From: Blastocystis sp. Blastoise
Lineage: Eukaryota > Protista > Bigyra: Opalinata
Direction: 5' to 3'
Assembly: GCA_039096225.1 (NCBI GenBank)
Contig: JBBPEB010000014.1
Coordinates: forward strand, 2,108,001-2,172,000
Length of the DNA: 64,000 nucleotides
Below, in pieces: positions 49,883 through 64,000 of the stretch. The position numbers were made by a program, and so were the translations under genes. The number at the start of each line of letters is the position of its first letter. Position 1 is the stretch's first letter. Below the pieces are notes generated by a model. It had not been told where the DNA came from and did no database searches. It was given only the letters and a program-made list of their open reading frames with translations.

Positions 49883-50452
49883 AATAATGAAATATAATAA
49901 TATTTCTGGAATTGAAGAATTTATTTAAAGATATTTGAGTCATCTAAAATTCTGGAACAACTAGTCACATACATATACATGTAATAAAAAGGGATTTATT
50001 GAATATATTAACATTGAAATTAATTAAAGTATCATAATTTGGTTATTTTTTAAAATTATTATTCTTTATGCAATATAGATAAAAATTTGAAAGTTATATA
50101 TTTGCTTTTTATATTATAAAACAGCTATATTTTCAGAATTGCTGCAAATTTCTCGAAATATATTATTATATTCTTTAGCCATAAAAATAGCTTTACATAT
50201 TAACAAAATATTGATATATATATTAAAAGCAAAAGTATCAACAAAGCACTATATATATATATTCGTCATAAGCACTAATAAAAAAAAAGACATCAATTAT
50301 TATGAATACTAAGAAAAGACAACAAATATTTTAAAATGATAATATATACACAAGAATAATCAAATATTGAATATTCACATCTACATTATATATAAACAAC
50401 TATAAGAAGATATTAAATAAAAATATAAGAATATATAGTGGAAAATATATTT

Positions 50453-50695
50453 TTATAATTGACCAAAAGTCTGTTCAATTTCAGACACAATTAAATTTTC
50501 TGTGACTAAAGTTTCTTCGATTGTTTTTTCTTCTTTCTGAGTTTCAGAAGATTTCAGTTTGCTTTCAGCAGTTGGTTTTTCACCTTCAGTGGCTAAGAGT
50601 GGAAGAGTTAAGGGTAAATCATTCTATATATATATATTGTTTGTATTATAAGTCTAGATTCTTTATAATATAATGAATATAAAAAATTTAGTTAC

Positions 50696-50742
<47 letters not shown>

Positions 50743-50978
50743 ACCTTTGCAGAAACACAGAAGAAAGCAACTCCGATAAGAGCAGAAATAGCATAAGAAA
50801 TAGCAACAATATAAAAAGGAACATACTTAAAAAATCTATATAAGTTATATTATTATATATATAATATATTATATATATACCCTCCTTTATTTTGGAAATA
50901 ACTATAACAAATAGCAATAAATAATGTTCCTAAACCACTACCAATTATTCGATAACTGGAAACATATCCCTAAATATG

Positions 50979-51017
<39 letters not shown>

Positions 51018-51239
51018 TATGTTAAAAAACAATAAAACTATCCGAATATAGAGTTGATACATAATATATAAATGATTATAATATATGTATATGACTATAT
51101 ATTCACGGTTATTGTTATACCTGTACAGCTCCTTGATTCTCTTTATCGCATTGTTCACCCACATATATACCTGTAGCCATAAATGTAATCATACCAAAAC
51201 CATCTGTCAATACAGCTATTATGTATACCTATATATATA

Positions 51240-51288
<49 letters not shown>

Positions 51289-51745
51289 TATGTATATATA
51301 CTGTAATAAGATTAGTAGCATAGACTTTGAGTAGAAGTGAGGGGATTGAAATAATACAAGAAATAATAAATATTGTGGGAATACGGAAATGACGGCGGAG
51401 GTAGGGGAATACAACGCCCTAGGTGAGGAATAAAGATAATTATATTTAATATATATACATAAATCGATATATAAAAATAATAAAATATATTAAAATAAAA
51501 TAAAAAAGTAAATAATAATATATATATATTTACGACCGTAAGGACAATACTGAGTCCCATAATGGCTAATAAGATGGCTCTGCCCGTATCATCCATCCCA
51601 ACAGAGACTTGTAAGAAGTAGACAATAGCACTACCGTTAACACCCTAAAGATAGGGGAAATAGAATAGTAATTATTATATATAAATAATAATATATAGAA
51701 AAAAAAATTATTATTTATTATATATATAAGAGATAATAACAATTT

Positions 51746-51781
<36 letters not shown>

Positions 51782-51940
51782 TATATACGAATCCAAAAGC
51801 ATTAAAGAGAAGAGCTAGACCCATAATTGTATACTTATAATTATCAATTTTTACATATCTACATAACACATTGAAAAAGTAAAAGATTATTAAGGATATT
51901 ATATATATATAATTCTTTCTATACAACTGAACATACAATT

Positions 51941-52014
<74 letters not shown>

Positions 52015-53027
52015 GGATATTGATTCTGAATGAGGAATAGAAATGAACGATTTCATACTGGATTTGGTGCGTCCAATGGCTTTATCACTAGGTAACTATT
52101 TACATTAAAGTATATATATATATATATCGAGCATTTTTCGATGATATAAATAGTTATTTAATATATTTATTTACTAAACTCATAGATAATAAAATCATCA
52201 GTAATGCAGGAACTATATATAAATAATTATATTAAAATATATATATATCAATAAATTAATAGAATAGAGGATATTTAAATAAAAAATAATTAAATAAATG
52301 ACATATAAATATAGAATATACTTAAAATATAGGTCATAATATCCACGGGAATAAGACTAATAAAAGGACCAACAGTAGAAATGGCAAAGGAAACAACTGC
52401 CATTAATCCAATTACCTTACTAATACTACTAGGTTCGGAAATATCAACGATGATACTATTAATAATCACATTGGCATCAAACATAATTATTGAAGCTGCC
52501 ATGGCACAGAACCCATATATAGTGATTGGAACATCCTTTATATATAGTAATAACCCAATTTGACCAAGTAATGGAAAGAATAAGATGAACATCAATGCAT
52601 ATTTTCTTCCAATATGATCAGATGCATATCCAATAAGTGGATTTAAGAAGACACCAAGAAGAGACGAACCAACTTTAAAATAAGCTGTGAATGAAGCAGC
52701 AGTACTACTAGCTATACAGAATAATGACTTATTACTTTATGTATATTGCCTACACACCTTTTGAGCAAACCTCAGAGATATTATGAGAACTTTCTAATGT
52801 ACAGTCAGTTGTATAGCCGTTCCATAAAGAAGCAAAATAATCTTTATATTCAATAGTATATATCATCAATTTGAATATAATATATAATGGAAATAAGCAA
52901 ACTTATATATACTTTGAACTAAAGTGGGTTCATGAGGAACAATACCAGACAGAGAAAGAGTCATGCCTACACTGGCAATAGCTAACAGTGCATAGAAGAA
53001 GTAGTTCTTTTTCAATAAGAGAGACAT
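50453..53027 (-). CDS. Major facilitator superfamily transporter (MFSD14/SLC46/TetA-like), multi-exon
   Basis: LNPLIGYASDHIGRK (motif A), SIIVDIS, ENQGAVQGYVS, KYVPFY; about 12 TM segments. Confidence 0.85.
51879..52020 (-). other. U12-type AT-AC intron
   Basis: 5' ATATCCTTA, branch TCCTTAAT, ends TTTTAC. Phase-0 join gives PHSES/FFNVLCRY. Confidence 0.85.
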
Positions 53028-53068
53028 AGTAGGAGTGAGAATAAAAATGAATAAAATCGGAAAATATA

Positions 53069-55862
53069 AATATCTGTCAAACGCGTATTGTTTTTTTCTC
53101 AAACGCGTATTTTCTCAAGATTATTTTCTAAAATAAAAGAATAACTGTGATATTTTTTTCTTAGCTATATAACTTTTTATGTCAAGCTTCAGTGCTATTA
53201 CACACAACATATGATTAAATATTTCATTAGTGCCTTATGAAGAAGAAAAATAAGAGTCAAATTGTATTCATTTCAAGGGTGTACTCTGTCAAACTTTGTT
53301 AGGTCATTCTGATTTCGTAAATACACATAGAGAATGAGTTCTGACATAATCTTGTCGACAAATAAGTCTTTGAAACTGTCTTCTAGGTCGTGATACTGAA
53401 CTTCATATTCTTTGTTTGTTTTAATTTATTATGATTTACTTTCTACAGAGTACTTTAAATATATTGTAATGACTTAAAAGCTAAATATATGAGATAAAAT
53501 TTTGAATGGGTTGAAATCCCTATTATAAATAATCAGATTCTTCTCAAATTGATTTCAACTATTGTACTATGATTAAATGATTGAACTAATTAATAAAATA
53601 AATAAAACAATAAATATATTTGTCATGTCATAATTCTCATTTTCAGGTTTCTGTCTTTTATTTCAGACAGTCATATTTTTATTTTTAGGTTGCATATGAC
53701 GTGAATATTTTTCATAATAATTTTTGTAGATTATAAAATATTTTATAATTATTAGAATTGTAAATGATTAACTTCCAATATCATCAAACTAAAAATAATT
53801 ATATTTTCTTGAGTACCAAATACTTTTGACTACAACAATAAGCAAAAAACATAAAAATTAGTTCTTCATAGTTTATTAACACTAAACAGAAAATTTGATT
53901 TATTATGGATTTGCAAGCGTCTAGTTTCACCAAATTGATTTATTTATAATTTTAATTTATAGTTATAAGATATATGTTATGTGAACTTTAATATTATGTT
54001 AATAAATATCTTTTTAATATTTTCCTTATGGAGAAAAATAATCATTTTCAATTGACGTTAAAGTGTTTTTCTAAAAAAGGGTTGTTACACTTAGTGATAG
54101 TTCTTGATAATTATTGAATTAAAAACAAAAAAAATATATTCTTATATATTTAACACTCTCTTATATAAATATTCAAATGATATTTTAAAAAACAAATAAT
54201 TCTTACTGGTATAAAGAAAGCTGCTAAAAGAAAGAAAAAGCCAAAAAAAAAATGATTTTTTTCTGTTATTAATTAATGTCAGGTTACCTATCTCTTCATG
54301 TAGATTGGGAACAGTTTATATATATTAAATTAGTACAATGTTAAGTATCTCTATTTAGTAAAATATAGATTTATATATAAATATTTTAATATTTATTAAC
54401 ACAAAAGAAATTATATGTATATGGCTTTTTGAGTTTTTTACACTTTTTTCTTTTTTCCCATATTGAAAAATAGAAATTCAAAAGTATGTGCAGTTTCAAA
54501 CTGTTTATATGCTTGCTATTACATTATGATAGTGAAAATTCTAGAATCAATACATTATGATACAACACAATGAAATGCATTTTTTTCATACTTTTTGACA
54601 ATAAAGTAATATAAATTATAAATAAATTTCAGAATTTTAAATTATTTAAAAATGATAGATATTCGACTATAGTTGCAAAAAATATAATAAAGAGAAATAA
54701 ACACATAAAGAAAACATATATATATTTGACATAATATACATTTTTTAAAAACTCGTTTTAGGGTATTGTTATCATGCCCTTGAATCAATAAATATTTCAT
54801 TAATTGTTTTCAAGGTTTATATATATAATATAGATTGATAGATGCATAATATACCAAAATTTCAATACTCTGTGACTTATTATTAACCGTCAAAATATCA
54901 TAGTTAGTTAGTGTTTTTATGAAAAACAATAAAAAATGTAAAAAAAAATAAAATCCTCTTTTTGAAACACTAAATTTAATTTCAAATATTTTAATATAAA
55001 TAATATAAATAAGCACGGCTTATATTTTATACATATATAAAAATAGAAACTAGTTAATCATTCTATGAACTTCAGTAATCAGGAATATTCATGGAGTAAA
55101 GGAATGAGTGTGAAATTTTTTGTTGTCTTTTTCATTATTCTTAATTTTTATTATATGTTTATACATAGATATTATTTTATAAATAACTTGACATATTATT
55201 TCTTTAACTAATTTATTTTATGAGTAGGATTGTTAACTCAATATATAAAACTATAAAAAACAGTTGTTAATTGTGTGTCTAAAGGTAGTGTATTTCTTAA
55301 TGTTAAGTGATTATTTTATCATTTATATTAGTCTTGATTTAGGGTTGATTATAATATCCAACAAATAATGATTTTTAATGATAATAATATGAGAATTAGC
55401 ACTAAATTATTGATAAGATATTACTAATTTTTAAGATAGATACGTTAACAATAATTGCAGACGATATAGACCTCATTTATGTTGTAATAGACTAATTTTG
55501 AAAGAACATTATTCAAGTGATACTTGCTCAAACTCATTTGAGTGAAAATTATTTGTATATTCTTGAAGATAAACATATTCTTATATATTTTTTAGATTAA
55601 CTCTTTTTAATAAGTCGCTCTTGTCATTAAAAAAGTTGGTACTATAAAATAAGACGAGCAACTTTGTGTACTGATTTTTCATTGTGTATTATGTGTATAC
55701 ACTTCATGTTTATGAAGTAGTCTCTGATAGATTAGAAAAGAGTTTATGCAAAAAATTATTTAAAAAAAATAAATATCAACTGAGTTCAACCAAAAACAAA
55801 ATATACACAAAAACATAAAAATACGCGTTTGAGAAAAAAACGATACGCGTTTGACAGATATT
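53069..55862. repeat. ~46-bp inverted repeat pair (53069-53114 and ~55818-55862), each with two ACGCGT sites
   Basis: AATATCTGTCAAACGCGTAT(T/C)GTTTTTTTCTCAAACGCGTATTTT and its reverse complement, about one mismatch. Confidence 0.85.
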
Positions 55863-57057
55863 ATTATTAATCAGAATATGAGAATGTGTCATTTATGTGG
55901 GACAATTCCATAATCGTGATAAAACACAAAATACTCCCCAAAAAATGTAAAATAATCAATATATATGTCGTTGTATTAAACACAAACGTAAACACTTTCT
56001 GGATATCCACAGAATAAATGTAATTCTGTCGTCGTCAAATCAAATATGTAGAAATTGATGATGACAATTCAATATCAGATTCCTGAAGATTTTTCCATGA
56101 TTTTTAACCATACTTTCCCATGATTTTTGTAAATATTTATCTATACAGTTTCTTATAGAGTTGGTTATGTGTTTAAAATTCTATATGTATATATAAAATA
56201 TACTCTGAATATATAGTGTGTTTAAAAACAAAATGAAAATATGTCAGAAAAAAAGTATTTTATCAAATTCTTGTTCAAGAAGTATTTAATTGAGTGAAAA
56301 CACAATATTAACTTTTAACTCATTGATAAGATATATTAATATAGATCCGTAATACACAAAAGAAGAAAAAATCCTATCTTTCGAAAAGAAAAATATCATT
56401 TTCGTAAATTGTAACAATTTTTCTAGAACATTATAAGTAAATAAATATAAATGTATATATAATATAAATTATATAAATTATGATATAAAGTATAGGAGAA
56501 TAGTTGAATACAAGAAAGTCTTTTTTTTGTTGTAAAAAAAGATGTGAAACATATTATTATGATGGAAGCTTATTCTTTGTAGTAACAACATAAAAACATA
56601 ATTCGAATTAATCTTGATATATCTCGAATAAAAAAGCTATTCTTTACATCATATGGGAGAAAAATTGCGTTAAAATCAGCCATAAATAACAGAAATAAAA
56701 CAAGAAAATGAACTTCACAAAAAAAAAAGGTGATTCGAAATCTTCGTCTTGAATCATAAATCTTATATATATGCTTTACAAACCAAATAGATTTACAAAA
56801 CAATCTTATCGCATTCAAAAAATATAATAAACTTGAAGGTTTCAGAAGAATTCTTTTGAATTGATAAAAATGACTGAAAAATGATGACTCTGGCTCAAAA
56901 TTGGGAAAAAGGAGGTAAACTCGGCTTATTTCTAGAATCTTCCTTATATAATTAACAAGGAAATCTATGCACCACACTATACATTCCTTTGATACTTTAC
57001 TAAGAAAATAAAGTACTTCTTCAAATATATATATTTTTGTTATTAATTAATTCAATA

Positions 57058-57672
57058 ATGAGTAATCCCGTTGTTTTCTTTGATGTTGCTATTGGCGGAA
57101 CCCCTGCTGGTAGAATTGAAATGACTCTCCGTGCTGATGTTTGCCCCATCACTGCTGAAAACTTCAGATGTCTCTGTACTGGTGAAAAGGGTATGGGACG
57201 TGCTGGTAAACCTCTTTCCTACAAGGGTTGTACTTTCCACCGTGTTATTCCTGATTTCATGTTACAAGGAGGTGATTTCACTGTATGTAAAATTTATTGT
57301 TGCTATTTTTATGAATTCTATATGGATCTAAGTTATGAATTTTTGCAAATTGCATTTATATATATACAATATATATAGAACGGTAATGGAACTGGTGGTG
57401 AATCTATCTATGGTATGAAATTCAAGGATGAAAACTTCAAACTTAGACATGAAGCTCCTGGTATGTTATCTATGGCTAATGCTGGTCCCAACACTAACGG
57501 TTCTCAATTCTTCATTACTACTGTTCCTTGTCCTCATCTTGATGGTCACCATTGTGTCTTCGGTTATGTTTCTAAGGGTATGGATGTAGTCAAGAAGATT
57601 GAATCTTATGGTTCTTCTCCTTATGGTAAGACCAAGAAGACTGTCGTTATTACTAACTGTGGTCAACTTTAA
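57058..57672 (+). CDS. Cyclophilin (peptidyl-prolyl cis-trans isomerase), 2 exons
   Basis: [49 protein letters not shown]. Confidence 0.97.
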
Positions 57673-57833
57673 ATTTCCATTTTATTATAAATTGCGTTAT
57701 AGTATACAGATTTGCATTTCATAAATGCTTTTTCTTCTTTCATGTTTTCGTTTTGTTTGTTTTTCTTAAATTATGATAGTAACAAATGTAATACAACAAT
57801 GTAATTCATATAAATGACAATTAAAAAGCATTA

Positions 57834-60189
<2,356 letters not shown>

Positions 60190-60865
60190 CTTATAAAAAT
60201 TTCTATTGATTTATAAACAGTAACGAATGTTTTAAATAAAAAACAGAGAAACAAAGAGAAATTTTTTGTTATCCAGAAATAACTTTGAGTGTTTAACTTA
60301 TAATAATATATTAATCATGTTATGTGTGTTTTTTCATATTATATGTTTTGCGGATTTTCTTTAAATGCAATTTATACTTAAATTTGATGTGATTCATTTT
60401 TGCTAATTTAGATAATTAACCTGAATATATATGTAGATCATTAGATGAACTCTATACGAGAGACTAATGACATTGAAATAGACATTTGATACTGTTCTTA
60501 GAACAAATTAGATATTATAGGGGAATATAGTTGTCTACCTATAAATAATTAATGATGTCTTTTGTGTTGAATCTTACTTACTCATATTTATGGTTATTAA
60601 TTATGATAATAAATTATATTTTTATTAAATTGCTAGTTAAATAGCAAGATGGGTACAAAGAATGTGAGATAAATAGTTTATAAATGATTAGTATAATATC
60701 TGATTAAATGAATCGTTTAAAAAAATAACGACACATTAACAGGTATTTATGTGTTCTCATTAGTTTATTTGTATTAATATTTGTTACCATAATGATATAT
60801 ATATATATTACTAAAAACCATAAAGTATGAATCATGAATCCCATCAATCATATAGATATATATAA

Positions 60866-64000
<3,135 letters not shown>

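Noticed and set aside
56570-56977. 135-aa minus-strand ORF
   Set aside because: F/I/L-rich composition typical of random AT-rich DNA; no motifs.

Overview
Gene-dense, very AT-rich (roughly 20% GC by eye) eukaryotic nuclear DNA, not prokaryotic. About 24 protein-coding loci can be reconstructed, most of them split by short introns. The ORF track therefore shows only exon fragments, and its poly-I/poly-N/poly-YI 'proteins' are intronic microsatellites. Genes found: DEAH helicase, two papain-family proteases, PARL-type rhomboid, an Nth fragment, LAMTOR2-like, KDSR, two GSTs, MED17, a MAP2K, three amino-acid transporters, a GS-linker surface protein, HACD, NDUFA1, HDHD5-like, MIC60, BUD22-like, an MFS transporter, cyclophilin, a YqhD-like Fe-ADH, mitochondrial EF-G2 and two hypothetical proteins. 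This content, with small introns and U12 introns, fits a low-GC Blastocystis-like stramenopile (inference only). Most notable signals: (1) a GC-rich palindrome (TT)CCCGCGGG(AA) and its CCCGTG variant written into exons in different reading frames and also into introns; (2) introns whose ends are self-complementary (TA)n tracts, with first introns mostly spared; (3) four U12-type AT-AC introns, three at a homologous position; (4) reciprocal precise intron absence between near-identical transporter paralogs, plus splice sites overwritten with neighbouring exon sequence, which is either RNA-templated change or an RNA-polishing artefact; (5) a 142-bp MITE-like palindrome with a 10-bp target-site duplication, and a ~46-bp inverted-repeat pair bounding a 2.8-kb gene-free block. 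Coordinates were counted by hand and may be off by a few bases.
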